From Melioribacteraceae bacterium (GTDB lineage Bacteria; Bacteroidota; Ignavibacteria; Ignavibacteriales; Melioribacteraceae): a stretch of DNA of 64,000 nt. Both the position numbers and the translations under genes were made by a program. The notes under the pieces were generated by a model, which had not been told where the DNA came from, made no database searches, and was given only the letters and a program-made list of their open reading frames with translations. Positions 1 to 9,712 of the stretch are shown one piece after another (within the stretch, counting starts at the first letter, position 1; every line of letters begins with the position of its first letter). The DNA is taken from positions 3,047,700-3,111,699 of the forward strand of contig OY782765.1 of the NCBI GenBank assembly GCA_963678275.1, written 5' to 3'.

Positions 1-2
1 AA

Positions 3-710
3 TTCTGCTACGCCCAAGTCGATCCTGCCGATAAATTCTGCGGTGAATGCGGAAATCCGGCAGAAGGGATTACATGTCCATCCTGCGGCACTCACAGCTT
101 CTTCGATTTTTGCCCGAAGTGTAATAAACCACTCACCGATGAAGCCCTCGCTGAGATAGAAAAAAGCAAAAATGACCCTCAGATTCAGGAAATAAATAAA
201 CTTCTGGAAGAGCTTCAGGAATTTGAAGATCTGGAGGAAGTAGAGGAATTGTCTGAGGTGGAACTGCTGAACCAGCAGCTTGAGGATGAAATTGCCGCTG
301 AAGAGCAGAAGCTGAAAGATAAAATGGAAGAGATGAAAAGAACCAGCGAACTGTATAGAAATTATGTCGGCGCGCCTGATAAAAAACCCGCGTCTAAACC
401 GGCAAAAAAATCGCCTCCTCCGGTTACCCGCAAAAGAAGAGACCTGCAGAAAGAGAAAGAACGTAAAATAGAAATGCTTAAAAAACTTCAGGAAAAACTG
501 GATGTTTTAAAAGACCGCTCTTTCGAAACACCCCAGGCCGCCAGAAGATTTTTTATGGCTAATAAACCAAAAGGCAATTTTGTCTGGAACTGTAATTTTA
601 ATGATTCCATTCACCCCGATCCTTATAACTGCGGCCGGCCTGATAAAGGTGGCAAATGGGTCGTGGTTTATGGCAATATTGAATGGGAAACTCATTATGG
701 TGATAAATAA
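3..710 (+). CDS. Double zinc-ribbon protein, 5'-truncated by the window edge
   Basis: The frame is open from nt 3; the ORF track only starts at an internal TTG at 249. Translation begins FCYAQVDPADKFCGECGNP..CPSCG..CPKCNKPL, which gives two CxxC..CxxC ribbons. These are followed by an acidic coiled-coil-like segment, a K/P-rich linker and a Cys/Trp-containing C-terminal domain. Confidence 0.6.
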   Translation, partial: FCYAQVDPADKFCGECGNPAEGITCPSCGTHSFFDFCPKCNKPLTDEALAEIEKSKNDPQIQEINKLLEELQEFEDLEEVEELSEVELLNQQLEDEIAAEEQKLKDKMEEMKRTSELYRNYVGAPDKKPASKPAKKSPPPVTRKRRDLQKEKERKIEMLKKLQEKLDVLKDRSFETPQAARRFFMANKPKGNFVWNCNFNDSIHPDPYNCGRPDKGGKWVVVYGNIEWETHYGDK

Positions 711-858
711 AATCATCTGACTTTTAATATCAGAATTATCCGCTTAAAAGGATGTTCGGCTCTTTTAGGCTTAATCCGGTTTTATTCAGCTATATAATGG
801 AATTATAGCCGGAAAATAGATTTGTTCATTTATATCATTTTTAACACAAGGGGAATTC

Positions 859-3800
859 ATGAGCGACGATATTAAAAAAAACACCGGGCATGATGATGAT
901 CTGCTTCCGGATGATGACAAAACCCGGCGGATGGATGATGAAACTATCGGCGATGATGATAAAACTATCAGAATGGATGATGACACTATCGGTGATGATG
1001 ACCGAACTATCCGTATGGATGATGATACTATTTCCGATGAGGATAAGACGATCAGGGTTGAGGATGACGTTATTTCCGATTCCGATAAAACTATCAGAAT
1101 TGAGGATAACGAAAAAACTATTCGCACCACCAATGATGATGTAATTCAGGATGATGATAAGACAATCAGAGCGGATGAAAAAAGGATAGATTCCGAGACA
1201 ATTCAGGATGACGACAAAACAGTCAGAATGGATGAAACCGAAATTAAATCTACTGATGATGAACAGATTGAAGATGATGACAAAACTCAAAGGATTGATG
1301 ACTCGGCCGGACCAGGTGTTGAAAAAATTAAATCAAGTGTGCAGCCCGGAAGCAAACCAAAAGAAAAAAAAGAGGAAGAAACTCAGAAGTCAGAGGTGCT
1401 CGGACCCGATTGCTTTGATCTGAAAGGTGATATTTATAATACTGTCAAATTAATTAGCGATGAAACCGGGGAAGCTGAAATTTTCCTCGTTGAAAAGGAT
1501 GGCAAAAAATTTGTTCTGAAATTATATTTCCGAAATTACAAACCCAAGCTGCCCCTTGTAAAAAAACTAAGAGAGTTTACACATAAAGATATTATAAAAG
1601 TTTTTGATTTTGGCTATACAGGGGATAAACAGTTTTATGAACTGATGGAATTTGCCGCGGGGGGAACCCTCGACAAACATATGCCGATTAAAAATGTTAA
1701 AAAAATTAAAGAAATTGTTGATGAAACTGTTGATGCTCTTAATTTCTGCCACGGGCATGGCATTATCCACAGGGATATTAAACCCTCCAACCTTTTTTAC
1801 CGGAATGCCGATTCAACTGATGTGCTGATAGCTGACTTTGGAATCTCCTCCCTCTTTGACGAAGAGGTGGAAATGCACAAAACAAAACAGACGAAAACCG
1901 AGATATTCGCTCCCCCCGAAATGTACCTTTCAATGGGCGAAGGAGTTACGATGATTACCCCCAAGGTTGATTATTATGCGCTCGGGATAACTGTGCTCTA
2001 CCTTTGGACCGGGGAAAATCCCTTTAAAGGTGTTCCGAAACTTATGCTGCCCAATATAAAAAATGACGGCAAGATCAAAATCCCTGATGATATCGACTCG
2101 AATGTCAGAACGCTTATTAAAGGATTAACCGTTGTAAAAGCTGAAAAGCGCTGGGGTTATAATGAAGTGCAGAGATGGCTTAAAGGAGAAGATGTTCCGG
2201 TATTCGAAGAAACTGTGTCTCTGGACTATAAACCCTTTATGTTTGACGCGGCGCAAAACCTCATTGCCAAAACCCCCGAGGAACTGGCCGGAATTATGGA
2301 GAAGGATAAAGCGCTCGCTCAAAAATATCTCTACAGAGGTAAAATCACCAAATGGCTGGAAGAAGCGAATAACCAGAGACTTGCTGTTGAGATTGAAGAA
2401 ATTTATGAAAAACTTTATCCCAAAGATGAAGAAGCCGGGGTTATGGCCGCGATATATAAACTTGATCAGTCAATTCCATATACCGGTATTGACGGGCGCA
2501 AATGTGTTGAAGATCAGGAATTCGCCCAGCTCTTCCTCGATAATTTTGATGAATATAAAGCAAAACTTTCCAAAAAAAGTGACACGTTTTATGTTTTTAT
2601 TGAAAGTAAAGGTGACACAGCTTTTGCCGCGCAGTTGTGGTCTTACTTTAAGGGAAGCAAAGATCAGGAGCTTTCACTTCTGAAAGTGATTTATGACCTT
2701 TATCCCGACGCTAAATTCCGCTTCAGTTATGAAGAGTATATCGGACGGCCGCCGAAAGTATTAATGCTCGATAAGGTTGAAGAGATTGTCCGTATGATGA
2801 AAATGCACCAGAAAAGCGGCGCTAAATATCTTTTCGACGGGGGTCTCCTCTTCTGGCTCGAAAAACGGGCAAATAATGAATACAAAGATGAGGATTACAG
2901 TAAACAGTTCATTGAACCTATTAAATGGGTTAATTATGTAACTCAAAATTATCAGAAAAATAAAAGCGCGGCCCTTGAGCTTCTTTATTACGGAGTTGAT
3001 AAAAACGCCAAATTACTTTCACGTGACGGCAAAACCGAAAGGGAAACTAAAGAGGATATCGGCAATGAGATATTATCTGACTACCAGGAATATATCAAAC
3101 TGCTGAAACAGCCCAATTCGAGTATCAACCTTTTTATGCTCGCGAAAGGATGGAAAAAAGAGCAGAATTATGTCAAATTCTGCTTTGATATGAAGAATCA
3201 TAAAGATAAGATGGTGCCCTATAATGAATCCATAGCGATAATGAAAATTATCAACTTCTTCGGCGTGGGTGTCGCCTGGGTTTATGATGATAAGACATAT
3301 GATGATCCTGATGAATTGATGAAAGCCCCATCCTCGGTAAAAAAAGACGCGCGCGAGTTTATTGAAGATATCGATTCATTCCTTAATTCCTGGCTCAGCT
3401 TATATTTCCATGAACATCCCGACGTTGATTTTGACAAAACAGAATATGCCTATGAAAATAAACTTCTGGAATATTTTGAATTTGTTAAAAAGTTTGCTCC
3501 CGGCAGCGAAATCAGTAAACGATATGAGAAAGCGCGAAAAATACTCCCCAAAACCATAAAAAAAGAGAAAAAACTTGACCGCCGGTTTAACTTTACCAAA
3601 TTGCTGGCAATTCTTCTGCCCCTTCTTACCGGCGGCGCGGTATTCCTTTATGCGCAATATGGAGGAGGCGCCGCGGCATTCGATAAATCATTCTGGCAGA
3701 TTTCTCTTAATTATTATGTTATTTTTGCCCTCATCTTCACAATCTATTATTTCATCTCCGACGGATTTGGCGAAGGGAGGGAAATTTCCACCGGGTGCCT

Positions 3801-5283
3801 CGGAGGACCCATAGTCGGCGCGATTCTTGCCATTATCTTTTACGTGGTTTTCAGCTTCACAATTGGGAATCCCTACCTGCTTGGCGGACTGATATTGCTT
3901 ATTGTGGGATTTGGATTATTTAAAATAATTCCTGTTAATTACGGCAACAGGGAAATGCGCCGGCAGTTATTTAATATGGATGACCGGGACGAATTTGAAC
4001 TTGAGCCTTTATATTTTGCCCTGAGCGATGATGAAGAATATGAAACAACCCGTCTCGATCTTCTCGATCAATATCATCAGCACAGAAGAAGAGCAAAATG
4101 GGAACTGAAACGCTTCGGATTTATTCCTTCTCTTATCTTGCTTGCCGTACTGATTGTGATGGCTCTGGCAGACCCCAATATTAATACATATACTCAAAAA
4201 GCTGAAAATCTCTACAAAAAAGCGCTTAGTTTTATTCCTCTTGATATGTTTAGCGGCAGCGCTGAAATACCTGAAATAAAAGGTATGTGGCGAGGCGAAT
4301 TTGGCGACACTCCACTTGTGATGAATGTTACTAAACAAACAGAAAACACGCTCAACGCGAACCTTTCTATTCTTTACAGCACACATAAACATTATTCAAT
4401 AACCGGTGTCATTGACAGTTCCAGCGGTATGATCGAGCTTAAAGATAATTCCGGTGGTGTCTACATGGGTGAATTCAGCGAAAATAATTATGTAATGTCA
4501 GGTATGTATAGAAGTAAAGCCGGTGAAAACACCGCGTTCAAACTTGTATCCGATAACAAACCTGAAGAGGTTGAAGAAAAAGAACCGGTTAAAGAAGATA
4601 AAGAGCCATCAGAAAAACCGGAAGAAACAAAACGAACTGAAACGAAAAAAAGTGAAACACCAAAAGTAACTCCTCCGGTTGTCGCCGAAGAAAAACCGGC
4701 TGAAGAGAAAAAAACAGATACCGAAACCAAAATACCGGCAGTGACTGAAAAGAAAACTCCGGTAAAAACAGATAAAGAACCGGTTGTTCAGGAAAAGAAA
4801 AAAACTCCCGTTATTGCGGAAGAAAAACCTGTTGTTGAAAAAGAACCGGTTAAAACTGAAGAAAAGAAAACGGAAGTTAAAAAAGAAGCAAAACTGGTTC
4901 TTCCTAAAAAATCAATTCAGATGAGAACCGGGCAGGGATTCCGGATGGATATATATGACTGCTACCGTGTCCGCGCTTCAATCGTCAGGATAAAGTTCTT
5001 CATAACAGATATTCAGGGAAACAGGACTGTCAATATCCCGGCAAGTTCTATTATGGTAACTGACTGGAACGGAAACCGCGTGCCGGTCGACCAGGGAAGC
5101 CTCGGCGGCGCCGATCTTGACGGAACAGAGATTAACCTGAAAATGGAAAAAATGAAACCTGTGGAAGGTTCTTTTGTTTTCAGGAACTTTGATGAAAACG
5201 TTGCTAAAATAAGAAAACTTGAAGTAAGGCTCGGAGACGGAAGCTGGGAAACAGTTGTTTTTGAAGAGCTCGAAATAGATTAG
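859..5283 (+). CDS. Giant multidomain membrane Ser/Thr protein kinase (Hanks type)
   Basis: The 1474-aa ORF has an AAGGGG RBS-like motif upstream of the ATG. Kinase motifs are FVLKLY (VAIK-like), HRDIKPSNL, DFGIS and APPE. The N-terminus has acidic DDDKTIR repeats. About 5 hydrophobic helices lie around aa 905-1110, followed by a K/E/P-rich linker and a ~110-aa C-terminal domain. Confidence 0.9.
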   Translation: MSDDIKKNTGHDDDLLPDDDKTRRMDDETIGDDDKTIRMDDDTIGDDDRTIRMDDDTISDEDKTIRVEDDVISDSDKTIRIEDNEKTIRTTNDDVIQDDDKTIRADEKRIDSETIQDDDKTVRMDETEIKSTDDEQIEDDDKTQRIDDSAGPGVEKIKSSVQPGSKPKEKKEEETQKSEVLGPDCFDLKGDIYNTVKLISDETGEAEIFLVEKDGKKFVLKLYFRNYKPKLPLVKKLREFTHKDIIKVFDFGYTGDKQFYELMEFAAGGTLDKHMPIKNVKKIKEIVDETVDALNFCHGHGIIHRDIKPSNLFYRNADSTDVLIADFGISSLFDEEVEMHKTKQTKTEIFAPPEMYLSMGEGVTMITPKVDYYALGITVLYLWTGENPFKGVPKLMLPNIKNDGKIKIPDDIDSNVRTLIKGLTVVKAEKRWGYNEVQRWLKGEDVPVFEETVSLDYKPFMFDAAQNLIAKTPEELAGIMEKDKALAQKYLYRGKITKWLEEANNQRLAVEIEEIYEKLYPKDEEAGVMAAIYKLDQSIPYTGIDGRKCVEDQEFAQLFLDNFDEYKAKLSKKSDTFYVFIESKGDTAFAAQLWSYFKGSKDQELSLLKVIYDLYPDAKFRFSYEEYIGRPPKVLMLDKVEEIVRMMKMHQKSGAKYLFDGGLLFWLEKRANNEYKDEDYSKQFIEPIKWVNYVTQNYQKNKSAALELLYYGVDKNAKLLSRDGKTERETKEDIGNEILSDYQEYIKLLKQPNSSINLFMLAKGWKKEQNYVKFCFDMKNHKDKMVPYNESIAIMKIINFFGVGVAWVYDDKTYDDPDELMKAPSSVKKDAREFIEDIDSFLNSWLSLYFHEHPDVDFDKTEYAYENKLLEYFEFVKKFAPGSEISKRYEKARKILPKTIKKEKKLDRRFNFTKLLAILLPLLTGGAVFLYAQYGGGAAAFDKSFWQISLNYYVIFALIFTIYYFISDGFGEGREISTGCLGGPIVGAILAIIFYVVFSFTIGNPYLLGGLILLIVGFGLFKIIPVNYGNREMRRQLFNMDDRDEFELEPLYFALSDDEEYETTRLDLLDQYHQHRRRAKWELKRFGFIPSLILLAVLIVMALADPNINTYTQKAENLYKKALSFIPLDMFSGSAEIPEIKGMWRGEFGDTPLVMNVTKQTENTLNANLSILYSTHKHYSITGVIDSSSGMIELKDNSGGVYMGEFSENNYVMSGMYRSKAGENTAFKLVSDNKPEEVEEKEPVKEDKEPSEKPEETKRTETKKSETPKVTPPVVAEEKPAEEKKTDTETKIPAVTEKKTPVKTDKEPVVQEKKKTPVIAEEKPVVEKEPVKTEEKKTEVKKEAKLVLPKKSIQMRTGQGFRMDIYDCYRVRASIVRIKFFITDIQGNRTVNIPASSIMVTDWNGNRVPVDQGSLGGADLDGTEINLKMEKMKPVEGSFVFRNFDENVAKIRKLEVRLGDGSWETVVFEELEID
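910..1302 (+). repeat. In-frame ~42-bp (14-aa) degenerate tandem repeats encoding DDDKT(I/x)R(M)DD(D/E)TI(G/S)
   Basis: The DDDKTxR motif occurs eight times in the kinase N-terminus. The first four units are regular 42-bp repeats visible at DNA level (gatgatga(c/t)aaaactatc(a/c)g(a/t)atggatgatga..). Confidence 0.85.
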
Positions 5284-5533
5284 ACAGAATTGTATATTGT
5301 CTGAATGGAAGGTTTACAAAAAAATCAACTTTGCTCCTGAATGGGAGCAAAGTTTAATTACCCCGGGTGACTGATGTAAAAAGGAACCAGGAGTAACGAA
5401 TCAGGAAAGACGATTTGTCCCCGAAAGAGGGCGAACCGCAGCTAAAGTTTAAGGTAATTCCTGAAAGTGTAATAAAACAGGAATTATAATGAATTAATAG
5501 GTACTAAAAATTTGAAATCAACAGGTAGAAATT

Positions 5534-8500
5534 ATGCCTCTAAGTTGTGACAACTGTGGAGCCCAAAACAGGGATATCGCTAAATACTGTAAAAAGTGCG
5601 GCGGTGAACTTATTACCAGCGAAGCTATAGAGCTTGAATCACTGGTTGGATTGGGCCAGGTAAAAAGTGAAATAAAATCGATGATAAATGTCTATAAGGC
5701 AATGCAGTCCCGCGGAACCGGCCTGAGAAGACTCAACCTTCACTCTATTATTATGGGTGAATCGGGCACCGGAAAAAGTATGATCGCCGGTGTGTTGCAG
5801 ACATTATTCTATAAAAACAAGATCATCACTCAAAAAAACATCAACATCGTTGACGCAGTTGATTATGATGATTTTGCCGAGGAATTTGAAAATAATATTC
5901 AGAAAGCCCGCGGCGGTATTCTTTTTATTGATAACGTCCAGAAACTTGTGCCCGATGGTTACGCCACAGATATCAACAAACTTGATAAACTTTTTTCTGA
6001 AATGGATAAAATGGGAAATGATCCTATAGTTGTCCTTTCGGGATTGACTGAAGGATTCGGTTCATTCCTCGATAAAAACCCATCCATAAGGAACCGATTT
6101 AATTATTTCTTCCTCCTTCCCGAATATTCAGTTACCGATCTGCTTGAAATTTGCAAAAGAAAACTGGCCGCTTATAGTCTTTCATTATCAGAAGAATCGG
6201 AAGCGAGATTGAAAGGACTTTTCAAACACGCGGTAAAACATAAAGATGAATCTTTCGGCAATGGTCACCTCAGTTCCGCGACTGCCGAAGCGATTTTTAA
6301 AGCTTATCTTTCAAGAATCGGCAAAGGTGATCCGGATAATAATATCGTTAGTAATGATGATATTATCGGTGAAGTGGAAATAGAGCGCCCTGTTGAAGAA
6401 ATTATGGCCGAACTCGACAGCTTCATCGGAATGGACGAAGTCAAGGAAGCTGTGCGTGAAATAGCCCGCCAGATTGCTTCGAATAAGGAGAGAGAAGCGC
6501 GGGGACTCGGAGGGGCGGAAAAACCGGCCATGAACCTCGTGCTCACAGGCAACCCCGGAACAGGCAAAACAACTGTCGCCCGAAAGCTGGGTGAGGTTCT
6601 CGCCGCGCTCGGGTTTATCGATAACGGTCATGTAATAGAGGTTGACCGCAGCCAGATGGTTGGCCAGTATAAAGGACAGACCGCTATTCAGGTGACTGAT
6701 CTCTGCAACAAGGCAATGGGTGGAATTCTTTTTGTCGACGAAGCCTACACACTTTCTCAATCGAGTGAAATAGGAAGCTCCGACCAGTATGGAAAGGAAG
6801 CTATTGAAACACTGATGAAAAGAATGGAGGATGACCGTGGTAAATTTGTGGTTATCGCCGCCGGTTATAAAAACCTGATGGATCAGTTCCTCGATGTAAA
6901 TCCCGGCCTTAAAAGCCGTTTTGATAAAAATATCGATATCCCCGATTATAAACCGGATGAACTATTCCGGATTTTCCTGATGTTCGCCAAAAAGAAAAAG
7001 TATAAATTTACCGATGAGGCGCTGGAAAATGCTCAAAAAGCGATAAAGCTGATCTACGAAGGAAGGGATAAAAACTTCGGCAACGGACGTGAAATGAGAA
7101 AACTTTTCGACGCCACCCTGGCCCGCTTTTCCAACAGGATCAATTCTATTCCCGCGGCTGAGCAGACAAATCAGATGCTTACCACCATCACAGCCGAAGA
7201 TATCCCATACGAAGAACAAAGCGATAAGTCAATCGATGAAATTATGGGTAAACTTAATGAGCTTGTGGGTCTTAAAGGTGTAAAAGATAAAATAACCGAA
7301 CTTGTTCATTATATCAATCTTGAAAATAAACGCGCGAAGGATGGAGGTAAAAAAACAGCTCTCAACCTCAATATGGTTTTTACAGGCAATCCAGGCACAG
7401 GAAAAACTACCGTGGCAAGGATTATGGCCGATGTTTTTAAATCGCTCGGACTTTTATCCCGCGGACACCTTGTTGAAGTCGACAGCTCTCATCTTGTGGC
7501 AGGATACAAAGGCCAGACATCGCTGAAAACCAATAAAACAATTGATTCATCTATGGGAGGTCTCCTCTTTATCGATGAAGCCTATACCCTTTCGCAGGGA
7601 GGCGGTGACGGATTCGGCAAGGAAGCTATCGATACACTCCTGAAAAGAGTTGAAGATGACCGCGGACGCTTTATCTCAATTATTGCCGGTTATTCTAATG
7701 AAATGAGAGAATTCCTCGATGTTAACCCGGGGCTTCAATCCAGGTATACAAATGTCATCCATTTTGAAGATTATAAGGCTGATGAACTGAAAGAAATCCT
7801 GATAAGAATGATAGGGGGCAAAGGTTTCAGAATTGATGAAGACACCGATAAACGTCTCGATAGTTTCTTTAAATCCATCTATAACGGCAGAGATAAAAAT
7901 TTCGGCAATGGCCGCGAAGTGCGCAATATTTTTGAGTCTGCGCTCCAGAGACAAAGCACGCGGCTTGCTGAAAAAATGAATGCGGGCGAAGATGTGGACG
8001 ACCAGCTCGATCTGCTCACTTATGAGGATATTGCAGGAAGCAGTGAAAAAGAAAAATCTGTCGAGGAAATTCTGGCCGAACTTGACGGATTTATCGGTAT
8101 GGATAACGTCAAACAAATGGTCCGGGAAATAGCCCGCAAAATTGAGATAGATAATGAGCGTGTTAAACGTGGTATCGGCAGCGCTGATAAATCAGGTGTC
8201 CACCTCGTGATTACAGGCAATCCCGGAACAGGCAAAACTACGGTAGCCCGCAAACTCGGGGAAATATTTAAAGCTATTGGTTTCCTCAGCGGCGGCCAGG
8301 TTAATGAGGTGGATAAAAGCGGTATGGTAAGCCAGTATAAAGGAGAAACCCCCAAACTTGTCAATAAGCAGTGTGATAAGGCTATGGGAGGTATTTTATT
8401 CGTGGATGAAGCTTATGCGCTCTCGCCTCCTTCAGATATCGGGCAGAAAGATGAACTCGGAGTTCAGGCAATTGAAGCTCTTATGAAGCGTATGGAAGAT

Positions 8501-9712
8501 GACAGGGGTAAATTTGTGGCGATCGCCGCCGGGTATAAAGAAGAAATGGAAGGTTTTCTCGAAGCAAATCCCGGAATGAAAAGCCGTTTCGATTATTACC
8601 TGCATATTGAAGATTATAAACCGGATGAACTTTATAAAATATTTAACGTGGCATTCGCTAAAAAGAAAAAATATGCTCTCTCCCCCGAAGCGGATGAAAA
8701 AATTAAACTGGTGATTGAAGATATCTATAGCAGGCGTGATAAAAACTTCGCCAACGCCCGTGAAATGAGAAAGTTGTTTAATACGATAACCTCAAAAATG
8801 TCCGACAGAATATCAAATATTCCACAGAATGAACTCACAGATGAAATGTTCACCACAATTCTGCCGGAAGATATACCCTTCGAAGGAGCAAAAACAAGAT
8901 CAATTGATGATATTTTCGCGCAGCTCGATGAGCTTATCGGGCTCGATGGCATTAAGTCTGAATTGAGAGCCCTTACTAATTACCTGAGAGTTGAAAAGAA
9001 ACGCTCTGAACTTGGCGGTAAAGAAACCGCGGTTAATACACATTTTATTTTCACCGGTAATCCCGGAACGGGCAAAACAACCGTCGCGCGTATTGTTGCT
9101 GATATCCTTAAAGCGCTCGGTCTGCTTACAAAAGGACAGCTTGTGGAGGTGGATCGTTCGAATCTTGTCGCTTCTTATTCAGGCCAGACAAGTCCCAAGA
9201 CAAATAAAACAATTGACAACGCTATTGGCGGGGTGCTTTTTATCGATGAAGCCTATACTTTGTCGCGCGCCGGAGCAAATGATACTTTCGGTCGTGAAGC
9301 AATTGATACCCTTCTTAAGAGGGTTGAAGATGACCGGGGAAAATTTGTCGCCATCGCCGCCGGCTATACAAATGAAATGAATGAATTTCTGGAAACTAAT
9401 CCGGGACTTAAGAGCAGATTTACCAATGTAATTAACTTCGAAGATTACACCCCCGATGAAATGCTTCAGATATTTATGCTTTTTGTCAGGAAAAAGAAAA
9501 TGATCCTTGAGGATGGCGTAGGGGATCACCTTTACGAAAAATTCACCCGTATGTATCAAAACAGGGATAAAAACTTCGGGAACGCGCGCGATGTAAGAAA
9601 TATTTTTGAAAAAGCGCTTAAAATGCAGAGCACTCGTATAGCCGGAATGCTCGACTCGCCCGAATTTAATGTAGATGAACTGAACAAAATAAAAGTTGAG
9701 GATTTCGACTGA
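5534..9712 (+). CDS. Zinc-ribbon protein with five tandem AAA+ ATPase modules (CbxX/CfxQ/SpoVK/EccA-like)
   Basis: The N-terminus has CDNCG..CKKCG. Walker A motifs are GESGTGKS (aa ~75) and GNPGTGKTTVAR at aa ~339, 618, 895 and 1175, a spacing of ~278 aa. Each is followed by (I/L)LF(I/V)DEAY Walker B and a GRDKNFGN(G/A)RE(M/V)R element. Modules 2-3 and 4-5 are clearly paralogous pairs. Confidence 0.9.
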   Translation: MPLSCDNCGAQNRDIAKYCKKCGGELITSEAIELESLVGLGQVKSEIKSMINVYKAMQSRGTGLRRLNLHSIIMGESGTGKSMIAGVLQTLFYKNKIITQKNINIVDAVDYDDFAEEFENNIQKARGGILFIDNVQKLVPDGYATDINKLDKLFSEMDKMGNDPIVVLSGLTEGFGSFLDKNPSIRNRFNYFFLLPEYSVTDLLEICKRKLAAYSLSLSEESEARLKGLFKHAVKHKDESFGNGHLSSATAEAIFKAYLSRIGKGDPDNNIVSNDDIIGEVEIERPVEEIMAELDSFIGMDEVKEAVREIARQIASNKEREARGLGGAEKPAMNLVLTGNPGTGKTTVARKLGEVLAALGFIDNGHVIEVDRSQMVGQYKGQTAIQVTDLCNKAMGGILFVDEAYTLSQSSEIGSSDQYGKEAIETLMKRMEDDRGKFVVIAAGYKNLMDQFLDVNPGLKSRFDKNIDIPDYKPDELFRIFLMFAKKKKYKFTDEALENAQKAIKLIYEGRDKNFGNGREMRKLFDATLARFSNRINSIPAAEQTNQMLTTITAEDIPYEEQSDKSIDEIMGKLNELVGLKGVKDKITELVHYINLENKRAKDGGKKTALNLNMVFTGNPGTGKTTVARIMADVFKSLGLLSRGHLVEVDSSHLVAGYKGQTSLKTNKTIDSSMGGLLFIDEAYTLSQGGGDGFGKEAIDTLLKRVEDDRGRFISIIAGYSNEMREFLDVNPGLQSRYTNVIHFEDYKADELKEILIRMIGGKGFRIDEDTDKRLDSFFKSIYNGRDKNFGNGREVRNIFESALQRQSTRLAEKMNAGEDVDDQLDLLTYEDIAGSSEKEKSVEEILAELDGFIGMDNVKQMVREIARKIEIDNERVKRGIGSADKSGVHLVITGNPGTGKTTVARKLGEIFKAIGFLSGGQVNEVDKSGMVSQYKGETPKLVNKQCDKAMGGILFVDEAYALSPPSDIGQKDELGVQAIEALMKRMEDDRGKFVAIAAGYKEEMEGFLEANPGMKSRFDYYLHIEDYKPDELYKIFNVAFAKKKKYALSPEADEKIKLVIEDIYSRRDKNFANAREMRKLFNTITSKMSDRISNIPQNELTDEMFTTILPEDIPFEGAKTRSIDDIFAQLDELIGLDGIKSELRALTNYLRVEKKRSELGGKETAVNTHFIFTGNPGTGKTTVARIVADILKALGLLTKGQLVEVDRSNLVASYSGQTSPKTNKTIDNAIGGVLFIDEAYTLSRAGANDTFGREAIDTLLKRVEDDRGKFVAIAAGYTNEMNEFLETNPGLKSRFTNVINFEDYTPDEMLQIFMLFVRKKKMILEDGVGDHLYEKFTRMYQNRDKNFGNARDVRNIFEKALKMQSTRIAGMLDSPEFNVDELNKIKVEDFD

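Noticed and set aside
786-1290. Minus-strand ORFs of 115 aa and 149 aa (plus the +1 frame ORF at 890-1144) overlapping the kinase 5' end
   Set aside because: They are S/I-rich low-complexity mirror images of the GAT-rich DDDKTIR repeats. The plus-strand frame continues into an unambiguous kinase domain.
6304-9559. Several 75-150-aa antisense or off-frame ORFs inside the AAA+ gene (e.g. 6311-6760, 7676-8116, 8020-8364, 9179-9559)
   Set aside because: The plus-strand frame carries five complete Walker A/B modules across the whole region. The antisense products have no recognisable motifs.
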